A stretch of 59,001 nucleotides of DNA from positions 1 through 59,001 of the IMG/VR virus record IMGVR_UViG_3300011114_000654. One strand, given 5' to 3'. The notes under the pieces were generated by a model that was given only the letters and a program-made list of their open reading frames with translations, searched no databases and was not told where the DNA came from. The position numbers were made by a program, and so were the translations under genes. Below, piece by piece: positions 38,236 through 49,315 of this stretch (its first letter is position 1; each line of letters begins with the position of its first letter). This DNA is from a virus (taxonomy: Duplodnaviria; Caudoviricetes).

Positions 38236-38956
38236 CTGTTACGGGAGGGATTGCAAATGGAGAACCCGGCATACGCAAGAATGTATCAAGTTGAGACCAC
38301 AACCTCATACGAGTCTCGTTGTACCAATTTCCCCAGAAGGCACGTTGAGCAACAGATGGGTCATCCGTATTCTTTAATGCCAACTTGTAGGCAGCGTAAC
38401 TAGCCCACATCTTTAACTGCAAGTCATCAGGAATAACGGTAACAGATGTAGCACCAATATCACCTAGTGTGCCACAACCATAAACAGTAAATACAGTGGA
38501 TGCTGACGGAGCAGGATAAATCCTTATCTGGTAATCACCAGAGCGATACCAATACTTAGGCGTACCAGCTACTGTAGACTCGAACGTGGGGTCATATGCC
38601 CTTAGGGTAGGTTCACTACAGTGGACTAGATTTGTAAGCCCAGATTGGACAGTAAGAGGAAACCACATACTACTAGCGTCGTTCACCGTTGAAGCGTCAG
38701 TAGGTACGTAGGTTGAGTCTAGACTAATGCTAGACAAATTGATAATAGGATTGGACTGAGTAACTGTTCCTTTTGCTGGAACGTATATACAAGTCCTACA
38801 CGTTTCTTTGATAGCTTCGTTGAGGTAAGTCTCAATCGTTTGACTGGTCGTTGTAGAGACAGTGCCTGAACCGTTGCCAACTTCACCTACTGAGGAATCA
38901 GTTGCTTCGTTCAAGAGGCGAATAACCTCTGATGTAAGTGTAGTCAGGGTTGCCAT
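38216..38956 (-). CDS. head-tail adaptor / tail tubular A-like protein
   Basis: YLNEA..E; GTPKYWY; IRIYPAP. Confidence 0.7.
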   Translation of the reverse strand: MATLTTLTSEVIRLLNEATDSSVGEVGNGSGTVSTTTSQTIETYLNEAIKETCRTCIYVPAKGTVTQSNPIINLSSISLDSTYVPTDASTVNDASSMWFPLTVQSGLTNLVHCSEPTLRAYDPTFESTVAGTPKYWYRSGDYQIRIYPAPSASTVFTVYGCGTLGDIGATSVTVIPDDLQLKMWASYAAYKLALKNTDDPSVAQRAFWGNWYNETRMRLWSQLDTFLRMPGSPFAIPPVTGGSDGN

Positions 38957-39597
38957 TAAACTGTCCTTCGACCATAGATAGCAGAGTTGGATTCAACCAT
39001 ACCTAGTCTATCTAAGTATTCTGCCTTGTATATAGCAAGTACATTAGCGTCCTTCATCTGCATAGCACGAGAGTAAAGAACACTATAAACAAGACAGTCG
39101 TGTGCTGAATCTGGTAATGGACACTCTTGGTCATCTGCCAGAGGTACTGCATTACCGTTCGTATCGTACTGCCATATCATTCCAGGTTGACAGTAACCTT
39201 CAATCATCACGCCGTTTGTAACACTAGAGATTGGCGTAGGAAGGAACCTAAGCCTATTCGTTGCATAAAGTATGCAAGCGTCAATAACAGCGTCACCTTG
39301 AGTCCTGTAGCGGTCCACTTGCCTATCGGCAAAGTCTAACAGTCGTAGCCGTCGGTACTCGTTGTCTTCCAACTTGAATACTCCCCTAATACGATACATA
39401 TCAGGGGAGCAATACTCGTCTACACCATCTTCTAAGTCTAGGTAACGTCTGCCAAACAAACAGTCTGTTTTACGGGCTATCTGATTGGCAGCTTCCAACA
39501 CTAGGTATTCCAAGCCAAACGGGTCAAGGTCTTGCTTGCTACCAAAGTGGTGCAAACCTATCATCCTGACCTTTTGTTTGATTTCACCTAATGTCAT
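38956..39597 (-). CDS. head-tail adaptor / tail tubular A-like protein (second paralogue)
   Basis: MTLGEI...VR; LRFLPTP; PLPD..HD.LVY..L.RA. Confidence 0.7.
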   Translation of the reverse strand: MTLGEIKQKVRMIGLHHFGSKQDLDPFGLEYLVLEAANQIARKTDCLFGRRYLDLEDGVDEYCSPDMYRIRGVFKLEDNEYRRLRLLDFADRQVDRYRTQGDAVIDACILYATNRLRFLPTPISSVTNGVMIEGYCQPGMIWQYDTNGNAVPLADDQECPLPDSAHDCLVYSVLYSRAMQMKDANVLAIYKAEYLDRLGMVESNSAIYGRRTV

Positions 39598-39615
39598 CTC
39601 GTTACCTTAGTCTAA

Positions 39616-40188
39616 TTAGAGACCGACTGAGCCGTCACGTCCATTGACGAGTGCAGCCATAACTACCTGTACTGTTGCTCCAGATGCAGCACCAGAAGCA
39701 GTACCAGTAAGTTGCAGTTGCCAATATGGCTTAGGAGACAATACAGGAAGGTATGCAACATACGTTCCAGCGGAAGTCTGAAGTGGGACATCAGCCGAGA
39801 TACTTACAGGAGACGAGGATAGTGCGCCAGCAGATACTGTAGATGCAGCAGAAGCAACTACTTTCCAAACTGGAGACCCAATGTTTGTAAGTGTTCCACC
39901 CATAGTGTAAACAACTTTTGCAAACAGTGGGCTATTCTGCCCATTTGTCCCAACGAGGTCAGATGACCCTGATGCAGCAGTATCTGCCTGTGAAGCAAAA
40001 TCTGCAGCAGCTGCAAGAACCATATTTGGGGTTGAGAATACGTCAGATGCACCACGATAAGCAACCGAAGATGCTGTAATCGTAATAGTGGAACCAAGTT
40101 TGTCAGTTGTTGCAGTCTGATTCATCTGCGGAGCAGAAGCACCAGTAACCGCTGTAAATTTGAAGGAAGCCTTCTTATCACGTGCCAT
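39616..40188 (-). CDS. capsid decoration/cement protein
   Basis: Ala/Ser/Thr-rich beta protein directly after the capsid gene. Confidence 0.55.
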   Translation of the reverse strand: MARDKKASFKFTAVTGASAPQMNQTATTDKLGSTITITASSVAYRGASDVFSTPNMVLAAAADFASQADTAASGSSDLVGTNGQNSPLFAKVVYTMGGTLTNIGSPVWKVVASAASTVSAGALSSSPVSISADVPLQTSAGTYVAYLPVLSPKPYWQLQLTGTASGAASGATVQVVMAALVNGRDGSVGL

Positions 40189-40206
40189 TTCTTTTCTTCC
40201 TTTCTA

Positions 40207-41223
40207 TTATGCGACTCGGCAGAACAAACGACCAACGGCACGAGTGTGTGGAATCCACAAACCAATACCCCAGTCGAATACGACGTTGTGCATAATGCCA
40301 TTTTCCTTGGAAAGACCAAGGTAAGTAGGCTTGAACGGTCCGCTCTGCCATCCCTGTGCATATCCAGTTCCATAACGAACTGCATAGATGGAGGAAGCAA
40401 CGGAACCTGTAATACCAGATGCGGTTTGCGTATCAGAGATTACACTCGTAGTACCGTCAGCCTTACGACCAACTGTACGGACGGTTGCATTCTTGTACTT
40501 CTCAACTGGGCGGTCGAACGAGTCACGAGTGACATCGAATCCAGCCCCAATTCCCATAGTACGGATTGCAAACTCAACAGAACGCTTTGCCTTCTCAGAC
40601 ATATACAAGACAACACCATCTCCATCTGGGGAGTTCATGTTGTCAAGCAACTGCTGGAGATACGCAAAGAATGCATTAGCGGTAGCACTTGTCGTACTAG
40701 CCGAAATATCAATACGTGCTGCATCAGGAGCAATAAGCGACATTTCCGATGGAATATCAAAGTCACTTGGGTTATCCATACGATAAGCAAGACCCGGAAA
40801 ACAGTCAATATTGCCTGTCAGCGGGTTATTGTTTACGAATTTATCATTGAAGTCATAAGCAAAACCTTCAAGGAAGATTTGAACCTGAGCTTCAATTGGG
40901 TCGATGATATTCGTAGGCTGGTCAAGCAGAACGTGGTCTACAAGAATCTTGTTACGAATGAGGTACATCTGCTCTTCATAAGACTTTGGTCGTCCCTTAA
41001 CCGCTACCGGTTCAGAGTTAACGCCAGTCCAGTTTGGAGCAGGAATACCAGAGTTGAGATAACGCACACCAATCTGCTTGAGCGATGGTGATGTGTAAAG
41101 AGGAATATCCTTAAGGGCATTCCACGTTTTGTGAAGAGATTTGGTGATTTCTTTGACGAGAGGGTCATTGCTGATTGCTGCTTGGTCCGCAAGCGTCAAA
41201 GCACCGTTGAAGTCAATAGCCAT
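40207..41223 (-). CDS. major capsid protein
   Basis: 338 aa, after the scaffold; LTLAD.A start, FPGL..R, SIYAVRYG, W..G...VGRL. Confidence 0.85.
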   Translation of the reverse strand: MAIDFNGALTLADQAAISNDPLVKEITKSLHKTWNALKDIPLYTSPSLKQIGVRYLNSGIPAPNWTGVNSEPVAVKGRPKSYEEQMYLIRNKILVDHVLLDQPTNIIDPIEAQVQIFLEGFAYDFNDKFVNNNPLTGNIDCFPGLAYRMDNPSDFDIPSEMSLIAPDAARIDISASTTSATANAFFAYLQQLLDNMNSPDGDGVVLYMSEKAKRSVEFAIRTMGIGAGFDVTRDSFDRPVEKYKNATVRTVGRKADGTTSVISDTQTASGITGSVASSIYAVRYGTGYAQGWQSGPFKPTYLGLSKENGIMHNVVFDWGIGLWIPHTRAVGRLFCRVA

Positions 41224-41236
41224 TTATTTAGCCTTC

Positions 41237-42070
41237 CTACATTGGTCTATTTCGATTGATACCCATCAAATCCGATAAGCTCATCCTGCGAGGAGCCTGT
41301 GAGTTTCCACTAACCGTTGGTGCTGCCGAACCTGCTTGAGATTGCGGAGTCGGAGTACGCTGACTTTGAACAACCTGTTTAGTAAGTTCTGGCACTAGTG
41401 ATTGTTGTAAACTCTGGATTTGTTCGTGAACCATCTTTACGGCATCAGTAGGTTTAATACCTACGTTAACCAGACTGTCCACTAAGTGACTTGCTTTTTG
41501 TGCCAAAGGATACTGCTGTATAGCCTGTTCCCTCTCTCGTTGACTTATAAACTGTCCAACTTCCTGCATAGCTTGTTCATAGCGGAACTTCTGGAGTTCA
41601 GCATCAAGTTGCAGTTGGGCAGTAGTGGGGTCAACTAAGTCTTGGGATTGAAGCTCACGATAACGCTGCCTTATTGACTCTTCCTGCATTTCGACTTGTT
41701 GTTGCTGTTGCATCTTGCGAATGTCAGCTGAGGATTGGAACCCCTGCTGCTCAAACTGCTGGATAACATCAGCCCACTTTTCGTAACGGTCGGAATAAGA
41801 CTTGGCTTTATCGTTTACTTCTTTGAACCGCTCGTATGGGATTGGTCCAGGCTCATTAGAAGTTTCAACTGGCTCTGATAGATAACCGAAGTCATCATCA
41901 GTTGCGGATTGCTCCGCTGGGACCATAGCATCGTTGTTAACGCCTTCTGTGCTATAAGTATCGTAGTCGGCGGCTCCACGTACTTCGTCCAATATGGCGT
42001 TACCAACGCCGTAACCGTCTGACGCACCCGTTGATGATTCGGGTGTAGGTGTCATCATCTCGTCTGACAA
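41237..42070 (-). CDS. capsid scaffolding protein
   Basis: Acidic N-terminus, IPYERFKEVN motif, coiled coil; between portal and capsid. Confidence 0.8.
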   Translation of the reverse strand: MSDEMMTPTPESSTGASDGYGVGNAILDEVRGAADYDTYSTEGVNNDAMVPAEQSATDDDFGYLSEPVETSNEPGPIPYERFKEVNDKAKSYSDRYEKWADVIQQFEQQGFQSSADIRKMQQQQQVEMQEESIRQRYRELQSQDLVDPTTAQLQLDAELQKFRYEQAMQEVGQFISQREREQAIQQYPLAQKASHLVDSLVNVGIKPTDAVKMVHEQIQSLQQSLVPELTKQVVQSQRTPTPQSQAGSAAPTVSGNSQAPRRMSLSDLMGINRNRPM

Positions 42071-42103
42071 ATTAATCGTACTCCTTAATTATGGTTTTGC
42101 CAA

Positions 42104-44347
42104 CTATTGATTGGCGTTCGGCATTGTTTGACTTTTAATTTTTTCCGTAGAAATGTCAACAATACCCTTTGCAGCGTCGTTCTCTTGAGTCAATCGAGAA
42201 CGCTCACGCATCTTGATAAGGTCAGCGTCAGTCTTTGCAGCGACCTGTGCCTGTATCTTCTGTATCTCCAGTTGCGACTGCATCTGAGCAGTCTCTGGGT
42301 CAAACTTACTAGCAGACTGTTCAGCAACAGATTGTTGTTGCATAGCCATCTGCTGTGCCATCATTGCTTGTTGAGCCATACCTTCTTCTTGCTCATTCAA
42401 GTGCTGAATAATCTTTGATGTCTCAGGTATGTTGAGCATACTGACTACAAGCTTATTTGTTGATGGGTCACTTGGGTCACCAAACAATCCCATCTGACGC
42501 ATAGTCAAAACTTTTTGTAGCTTCTGGTCAGGGCTATCTTCCATACTGGACCCCGGTACATACACAATGCGGTATTGACCACCATTACGTATATGCTCAA
42601 AGGTAATAACACCTTGCTCAATACTGTCGTATGGATTTCCACTTCCTTCGACATTACCAATGAATGGAGCAACGCCAAACTGCTCTACAAGAGAAATCTC
42701 CCACTCTTTGATTTTAGCGGCTGATATTTCTATGTCCGCACGAACATAAGAGTGTTGAGTATTATCTGCACGTTGAAGCAACTGGACTGCCTCAGCTGGT
42801 GTTCCAGCAGGAGCCATACCTTGTGATACGTCATGCAATCCAGCGATATCCATCATGTCCTTCTCTATGTACTGAAGCATAGGGAATAGGTCACCACCGA
42901 TACCTGGCGCACGACTTACAACTGGAGGCGCAGCACCGGGGTTGTAGTAAATCTTCTTGTATGTACGGCTCTCATCGTAAAAATCATCACCAGTATGATT
43001 GAAAGCATCTGCACCTACGTTAGACAAACGCTGAACCATTACGTAATCACGCTGTTGCTCAAACTGCTCAAGCATACGTGAATAGACTCGGTTGTATGTC
43101 TGCTGGAGTGAACACAAGTCAAAGCCTAGAGCGTGTCCATAAGGAGTACCACTACGTGGTTGCCATCGAAGAGGAATGAATGGAAACTCATCCTTCTTCT
43201 TGTATAGCCAAGGTCCTGCGTGAAGCAGAACTGAGTTAGTGCTAACTATATATCGCCCTGATGGATACTGTTGTGACGGTTTTTCCCAGTACTCATAAAC
43301 AATTGCAGCACGTTTTTTTGAGTCACTCTGTGCAAGTCGTGCTGTACTAGGTGGAACCCATCCGTTACCTGAACCGTTACCGCCCTCTAAGTAAGCATCA
43401 ATATACGATGCGTTATTACCCATCATAGCGTCAGGGTTGACTAGCTTACCTGTGTCACCATAGTTATCTACGAACCACGACAGTGGCTTTGCAGACGCAT
43501 GAATCAACCAACGGACATCAGCATCACGCTTTGCTGTTGGGTCTAGGAATACGTCAAAGGCTGGAAGAATCTCTTCCCTTACATCACCAATTTGGATGTT
43601 TTCATAACCTGTAATCTCACCTGTTTCAGGAGAGAAGTAAGGCATAACTTGTTCGCCATTAGCATCCCAGTAAATCTTTAGGTAAGACGTTCCACATACA
43701 CAAGCCCAGCGGACACGCTCTTTAAGTTGAGTTTCACGACTGAACTGGCGATTGTAGTGATTACAGATATGGTTTGCTTCATCAGATGCTAGTAGGTCAC
43801 GTTGTGACTGAGACAGTGGAACAGCCCTTGCATCTGGACCAACCTGCGTTAGCTTACCAACTACACCATCAATCAATGGACGCATCTTATTGACAGTGAT
43901 GTAACGGTTAGGCTCATCCTTATTCTGCAACTGAATAAGATTACGTGTCTGGCTTGAGATACGGAACCACTGCCGACCTTCAAAGAAGGCTACCGACATA
44001 GCCCATTCAAGTTCCATCTCTTGCCTAGCACGATAAGCGATATCAAATTGCTCTTTGACAAACTTGGTAATCTTTATCTTTTCTTCATCTGGTGCTTCAG
44101 GTAATACCTTCCACTCATTAGAGTTATGGTCAAGAGTAAGATTATTATCAGTAATAGTTTCATCGTTCTTCAACTTCGCAGCACCAGGGATACCTGATAC
44201 AAGTCGTTGTTCGTAAGCCATTACCTTAGGCTGGTTTTCTTCCTGAATCTTCTGTTCAGCAAAGGACACAAGCCCAGACATAACGTCCATCCCACTAGTA
44301 TTCTTATTCCTTTTGCGCTGAAGCGGCAGTCTCATCAGATGTACCAT
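42104..44347 (-). CDS. portal protein
   Basis: FFEGRQW, ITVNKMRP.ID, CGTSYLKIYWD; Gln-rich C-terminal barrel (P22-like); exact start uncertain. Confidence 0.88.
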   Translation of the reverse strand: MVHLMRLPLQRKRNKNTSGMDVMSGLVSFAEQKIQEENQPKVMAYEQRLVSGIPGAAKLKNDETITDNNLTLDHNSNEWKVLPEAPDEEKIKITKFVKEQFDIAYRARQEMELEWAMSVAFFEGRQWFRISSQTRNLIQLQNKDEPNRYITVNKMRPLIDGVVGKLTQVGPDARAVPLSQSQRDLLASDEANHICNHYNRQFSRETQLKERVRWACVCGTSYLKIYWDANGEQVMPYFSPETGEITGYENIQIGDVREEILPAFDVFLDPTAKRDADVRWLIHASAKPLSWFVDNYGDTGKLVNPDAMMGNNASYIDAYLEGGNGSGNGWVPPSTARLAQSDSKKRAAIVYEYWEKPSQQYPSGRYIVSTNSVLLHAGPWLYKKKDEFPFIPLRWQPRSGTPYGHALGFDLCSLQQTYNRVYSRMLEQFEQQRDYVMVQRLSNVGADAFNHTGDDFYDESRTYKKIYYNPGAAPPVVSRAPGIGGDLFPMLQYIEKDMMDIAGLHDVSQGMAPAGTPAEAVQLLQRADNTQHSYVRADIEISAAKIKEWEISLVEQFGVAPFIGNVEGSGNPYDSIEQGVITFEHIRNGGQYRIVYVPGSSMEDSPDQKLQKVLTMRQMGLFGDPSDPSTNKLVVSMLNIPETSKIIQHLNEQEEGMAQQAMMAQQMAMQQQSVAEQSASKFDPETAQMQSQLEIQKIQAQVAAKTDADLIKMRERSRLTQENDAAKGIVDISTEKIKSQTMPNANQ

Positions 44348-44471
44348 CCCTTGTCATCCTGTGTTTTCTTTACAGGAATGTTTCTACGAATGCAGTGTAA
44401 TTCATATGCAGTATACATACACGCACTTGCAACTAAAAATGCGAGTGTACCAAAGTAAATATCTGTAAGTC

Positions 44472-46214
44472 TCACAGGTAATCTTTCCTTCCGTATCCAT
44501 CATCTGCCCACAAAGGTTTCCAAGTTTTCATGTCAGAAGTTTCTGGGCATTGAACAGGATATTCACGCCACATCAATCCATATCTAAATGAGTCAATAGC
44601 GTGGTCGCTACGTGTACCACCATCAATATCTTCAGGGTCTCGTGGGTCTGCCATCGTTTTACCTAACTCACGTATCAAGTTAGGGCAAGCATCACGCACT
44701 ATACGTATCTTAGGCTTAACCTTGTCACCTTCAACCCTTGATGCCATCAACCATTCCTTGACACGTCTCCATCCAGCCTTACGGTCCTTAACCGCACGTA
44801 CACAAGGCAATCCCTTCTTCCACCAAATCTCAACAGGATACTCACCAATACGTTGTGCAGGATTCTCAGGTGGGAAAGTATTAGCCCAGTCAAAGGCAAT
44901 AGCCTCTAACTTCGTATTCCATTTACCTTCTTTGAATCGTCTATCAGATGCCTCAGCCAACTTAAACTTCTCCAATAGGAGAAGAGCGTTCTCAGCTTGT
45001 TTACTTGACACATGACCTGCTTCATAGAACTCACCTATAACGTAGATGTTTTCTTTTTCATCAGAACAGTAAAGAATGAATGCAGCTGGTGAACCTGTAC
45101 CAAAGTCGTGACTTGCCCAATATCTCCACCAAGGCTGAGTTTCAACAGAATCTACTACGTGCCAAGGCTCTCCATCTGGACCATATTCCTTGAAGTCAGA
45201 GAAGAACTTACCTCCAACACCAACTTCATGCTGGCACTCACGCAAGAATGCAATGATGCCAAAGTCATCTATCTCTCTCTGGCAAACATCAAGAGACTTG
45301 TGGTCCCAGTTAGCTTCACCACTTTGAATCTTGTAACCCGTACGACCATCCTCTTTCTCAACAGGGACGTACTCTAGGTTTTCAATAGCAGGAACGATAG
45401 GTGATTGGATTCTGTTCTGTAACATATCTAACTCACCATTTAAAACACGACTCATTACTGAGTTAGCGTGAATCTTATTCTGCACAAAAACTATTGCACA
45501 ATCAGTACTCTTCGCTGGGAGAATAGTCTGAGTGATAGTCTGAATCTTCTTTTCAACTCTATTAACAGAGTCATCAAGCTCATCAATATCGTCCAAGATA
45601 ATCATGTCAGGACGAAGGTTGTCTAACTTTACACCACGTGCGCCGGTATCAAGTCCGAACGCCAAGATATTGAATCCGTTAGACGTACGTAACTTTTCAG
45701 CATTCCAACCCCTAGAGTATCCATACTTGTTTATGGCTCTCTCAATGCCACACTTCTCCATCGTGTTCGCAATATCTGCAACGTGACGGTTGGCAGCATC
45801 CTGCGTTGAACACACATAAAGAAGAAATCGCCTAGTAGCCTTGACTGCAATACGACTAGAGATAAGTTCCATCGTAGTAGACTTGCCACCACCACGAAAC
45901 CAACACTCTATAAGTGCAGGTGGAGGATTACCAGCCTCTATACCTTCAGCCCATTCCCAAGCACGAATGTGATGCCTTGCTAATGGTGCAGATGCAGCAT
46001 GAGGGGCAAACTTACGTAACCACTTTTGATAATCTAACTCCGAACCATCAATAGCATATGCCCTTGATTCAAAGCCACCACCATCAATTACGTCATCAAA
46101 CTTCTCTTGCATTGCTTCAAGCAACGCTACAGATAACGGCTTATTCGGTCGGATGAACTTCCTCAGTGCCTTGGGAGTTATCTTGGTATTCACCTGACTC
46201 TTCTGCTGCGCCAT
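44472..46214 (-). CDS. terL: terminase large subunit
   Basis: RGGGKST Walker A, RPDMIILDD Walker B, DFGxxSP and DHAIDSFRY nuclease motifs. Confidence 0.93.
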   Translation of the reverse strand: MAQQKSQVNTKITPKALRKFIRPNKPLSVALLEAMQEKFDDVIDGGGFESRAYAIDGSELDYQKWLRKFAPHAASAPLARHHIRAWEWAEGIEAGNPPPALIECWFRGGGKSTTMELISSRIAVKATRRFLLYVCSTQDAANRHVADIANTMEKCGIERAINKYGYSRGWNAEKLRTSNGFNILAFGLDTGARGVKLDNLRPDMIILDDIDELDDSVNRVEKKIQTITQTILPAKSTDCAIVFVQNKIHANSVMSRVLNGELDMLQNRIQSPIVPAIENLEYVPVEKEDGRTGYKIQSGEANWDHKSLDVCQREIDDFGIIAFLRECQHEVGVGGKFFSDFKEYGPDGEPWHVVDSVETQPWWRYWASHDFGTGSPAAFILYCSDEKENIYVIGEFYEAGHVSSKQAENALLLLEKFKLAEASDRRFKEGKWNTKLEAIAFDWANTFPPENPAQRIGEYPVEIWWKKGLPCVRAVKDRKAGWRRVKEWLMASRVEGDKVKPKIRIVRDACPNLIRELGKTMADPRDPEDIDGGTRSDHAIDSFRYGLMWREYPVQCPETSDMKTWKPLWADDGYGRKDYL

Positions 46215-47007
46215 CTATTACCTCGGCATCTATAATTTCTTCTTCATATGACTGCTTGTAAACAGTCAACAGTTTGCCAATGCCAGCCTTGATTCCTTGT
46301 CTCTCATCGGAGTTGCTTACAGTACGATTAATTACGTTTACTATCTGCATGACAAGACTGAATGCTTGGTCTACTTCCAGAGTATATGCCTTTTGATGCA
46401 TCAACCGTTGTTCTGTTTCAACGATATCAGTACGTCGTTCAATGAGTTCAAGGACATCCTTTGATGCCGCAAACTCACTCAACGTATGACTAATAGCCTT
46501 GCCTAACTCATCAAACAGTTCCCAAAAATCCTCTTGGTATTTGTGGTCAGCACAAGACTTATACATCTCCTGAATCTTCTTGTATTGGTCAAGACTAACA
46601 CCTTCAGCAGCTGCTTCTGCTCTTATGTCTAGAAGAGCGGTGATATATGCAGTGTCATCTCGCAAAGACCAAAGTTCAGGGTCATCTCTAAGCTTGTCAA
46701 TGCGGTCAAGCATCTTCTTGCCAACATTACGGAATCTACCTTGGTTACTACTTTGGAGTCCTGTATTGAATAACAACGAATTGGTATTGGCTGGTTTTGG
46801 TACACCGCCGTGCTTTATACAAAATGCACTTCCCTTGACTGCAATGTTTCGACACTTCCACGCTTTAGAACCTTGTGCAACCTCTGCGTCACAACACCTA
46901 ATTAATGTTCCGTTACGTGTCTTATAGCGGACGCCATCCGTTTCAGTAATAGGGTCAGTTATTTCTAACCCACCCTTCTGAAGGAACATCTTACGCTTAT
47001 CTGTCAA
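46141..47007 (-). CDS. putative terminase small subunit
   Basis: C...C...CxKHGG motif; directly upstream of terL. Confidence 0.6.
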   Translation of the reverse strand: MTDKRKMFLQKGGLEITDPITETDGVRYKTRNGTLIRCCDAEVAQGSKAWKCRNIAVKGSAFCIKHGGVPKPANTNSLLFNTGLQSSNQGRFRNVGKKMLDRIDKLRDDPELWSLRDDTAYITALLDIRAEAAAEGVSLDQYKKIQEMYKSCADHKYQEDFWELFDELGKAISHTLSEFAASKDVLELIERRTDIVETEQRLMHQKAYTLEVDQAFSLVMQIVNVINRTVSNSDERQGIKAGIGKLLTVYKQSYEEEIIDAEVIDGAAEESGEYQDNSQGTEEVHPTE

Positions 47008-47043
47008 TTGTAGTTAGCACCTTTACCAGTGTATAATTCCATT

Positions 47044-47304
47044 ATGTCGCATGAACAGGTAGAACACTACCGCAAGAGTAATATTCAGCCATTAGATGTA
47101 ATCGTTGACTGGGACCTAGACTTCTGTTTAGGTAATATTATCAAGTACATAGGACGGGCTGGCAAAAAGAAAAGTGCCTCCGAACAAGATGACTTGCAGA
47201 AGGCACTCTGGTATTTAGTGTTTGAGATTACTAAGTCAACATCTGTTGCTGACAATATTGTTATAGCAGTATCTGCTATTCCATCCCAAGAAAACGACGA
47301 ATAG
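47044..47304 (+). CDS. DUF3310 (SaV / T7 gp1.7-like) protein
   Basis: HY...IQP.D....FCLGN.IKY..RAGKK...DL.KA.WYL. Confidence 0.85.
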   Translation: MSHEQVEHYRKSNIQPLDVIVDWDLDFCLGNIIKYIGRAGKKKSASEQDDLQKALWYLVFEITKSTSVADNIVIAVSAIPSQENDE

Positions 47305-48352
47305 GCTTACGCATTCCAGTTGGGTCAGTAGGCGTCATAGGTTTATTTGCATTTGCAGCACGTTCCCTTGCCTGTTTTTCAGACGCAAGATAATCATTCA
47401 ACTTAGCACGACCAGCAGGATTGATTGCTGACAGTTGAGTCTTCTGCCAATCATCGTAATATGCTAGAGCCGCACGTTTCATGTCATCTGACATACCCCT
47501 AAACTTTTCAGTACCCTGCATAAGCTTACGAGCTTCCCCAAAGTTACGACCCTTACTGATAAGGTCAACTGCATATCCAGTCAAGTCTTCAATTGGCTTG
47601 TATTTGCCCTTTAGACCTGTCATATGTGTTTCGTGCTTACCATTACCACTAGGAGTTACATAACCCATAGTTTCGGAATTGCCCATTCCGGTTTGCATAC
47701 CCTGCTTCATTTTAAATCGACGTGTAGCTGCTTCTTCTAGCCTAAGTTTTTCAAGCTCAGGAAACTCTCCTGATGCTTTTTGTGTTGCCGCAACAACTGC
47801 AATTGGAAGTGCGGCTTTAGCACCACTCATTACCATTTGGTTTCCGGCACTACGAGCAAGCGCAGCGGGAAGTTGATTGACCGCAGTTTGAACAGCGGCT
47901 CTACCACCCTGCTTGACCATTTCACCGGCACCACGTGTAGCAAGTTCACCAACACTACGCTTAACCATCTCACCGCCAGCACGTGTAGCGAGTTCTCCGG
48001 CAGGACGTTTCACTATTTCACCAGCAGCACGTGTTGCAAGTTCACCAGCTGGACGCTTGACCATCTCACCACTTGCACGACGAGCGATGTCACCAGCCTC
48101 ACGCTTTACAAGCTCACCACTAGCACGTGTAGCAATTTCAGCAGGTGCTGAACGTACTAATGCCTTTGACAATTCACTTGTAGCATTTCCAACAATACCG
48201 GGGTCACGCAGACGCATCGTCTGTTGCCATTGACGTGCAGCGTTTAGCGTACGAGTAGTACCCGCTTTATCAGGAACAATACCAGGGTTATTACTCCTCA
48301 TAGTTGCCTGAAAGCGTTTAGCCGCACTCAGATTAGGAGATGCGCCAGCCAT
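47276..48352 (-). CDS. repeat-containing basic protein
   Basis: About 10 tandem 8-aa RxxGE(L/M/I)(V/A)(K/T) repeats. Confidence 0.7.
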   Translation of the reverse strand: MAGASPNLSAAKRFQATMRSNNPGIVPDKAGTTRTLNAARQWQQTMRLRDPGIVGNATSELSKALVRSAPAEIATRASGELVKREAGDIARRASGEMVKRPAGELATRAAGEIVKRPAGELATRAGGEMVKRSVGELATRGAGEMVKQGGRAAVQTAVNQLPAALARSAGNQMVMSGAKAALPIAVVAATQKASGEFPELEKLRLEEAATRRFKMKQGMQTGMGNSETMGYVTPSGNGKHETHMTGLKGKYKPIEDLTGYAVDLISKGRNFGEARKLMQGTEKFRGMSDDMKRAALAYYDDWQKTQLSAINPAGRAKLNDYLASEKQARERAANANKPMTPTDPTGMRKPIRRFLGME

Positions 48353-48561
48353 TACTTCTTACCTTTTTTGGTAAAGCGATGTTCTTTCATTTCGCCTTTC
48401 ACCATACTTTTAACTGAAGACGGTCGTTTACCATATTCCTTGGTTTCAGCCTTCATTACTGCGGATGTTGATTTCATAGGTTTTTTATGTTCACCTGACT
48501 CAACACCCATCATCTTTGACATAGACATAGCACCCTTTGGATAGGGCATTCCCATTGGCAT
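48352..48561 (-). CDS. small Lys/Met-rich protein
   Basis: Coupled ORF in the late cluster. Confidence 0.65.
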   Translation of the reverse strand: MPMGMPYPKGAMSMSKMMGVESGEHKKPMKSTSAVMKAETKEYGKRPSSVKSMVKGEMKEHRFTKKGKK

Positions 48562-48563
48562 AG

Positions 48564-49040
48564 TTATTTTCCTTTTTTCCCAACACCCATAGCCATAGAT
48601 AAAACTGACTGACCAGCATAACTTGGATACTTCAAAGAACTTCTTGCTTGAGATGTATACTTACCGTACTTGTTACTCTCAAGATTTTTAATTGCCGCAA
48701 CAGCATTTTCTCTTGCAGCTTTTACACCACGTTGCATAATTGGAATTTGGTCAGCATTTTCTTTGCGAGTCATAAAATTAGCCATATTCTCACGAACATT
48801 TTTTGATAATGGCTTTACATCTTTAGATGACTCATACGTACTGACTAAATTATTAGCTGCATCAACATATCTAGCACCAGCTCGTTGACCGAGCATATCT
48901 GCTTTATATTCGCCTTCTTCACCCTTGCCAATTTTACCTAGTTGTTCTTTTTTGACATATGAGTCATTATTACCAGCACTGCCTTGAAGTGCAGTTGTGC
49001 CATACTTATTACTGTTAGTTTTAACTTGTGCCTTAGCCAC
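48564..49040 (-). CDS. basic hypothetical protein
   Basis: 158-aa ORF in the late cluster. Confidence 0.65.
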   Translation of the reverse strand: MAKAQVKTNSNKYGTTALQGSAGNNDSYVKKEQLGKIGKGEEGEYKADMLGQRAGARYVDAANNLVSTYESSKDVKPLSKNVRENMANFMTRKENADQIPIMQRGVKAARENAVAAIKNLESNKYGKYTSQARSSLKYPSYAGQSVLSMAMGVGKKGK

Positions 49041-49042
49041 AG

Positions 49043-49315
49043 TTACTTCCTTTTCTTGTAAATAGCAGTAGCCTTTGCTTCCTGCTCTCGACTTGCTTTG
49101 ATTACCAACTCACCTTCAGCGTTAGAATGTTCTGAGTACTCAGCTTCCATTGCTCGTCGCATAGTCGGGCGATTGCCTAACTTATGCTCACGTTGCTCCA
49201 TTTTCAGAAGCTCCGTTTTAGTAGGTGCTTTCTTAAGGTTATGTTCCTTCGTTTCTATGTTCATCAAAGTCCCCATAGAAAGATGGTTCATATGCTTGTT
49301 CATCTCGTTCAGCAT
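49043..49315 (-). CDS. basic hypothetical protein
   Basis: ORF with ExxEH repeats. Confidence 0.65.
   Translation of the reverse strand: MLNEMNKHMNHLSMGTLMNIETKEHNLKKAPTKTELLKMEQREHKLGNRPTMRRAMEAEYSEHSNAEGELVIKASREQEAKATAIYKKRK

Noticed and set aside
15229-46927. Many plus-strand ORFs antisense to late genes (e.g. 20557-21210, 40246-41091)
   Set aside because: They are shadows of long minus-strand genes, with no RBS or recognisable motifs.
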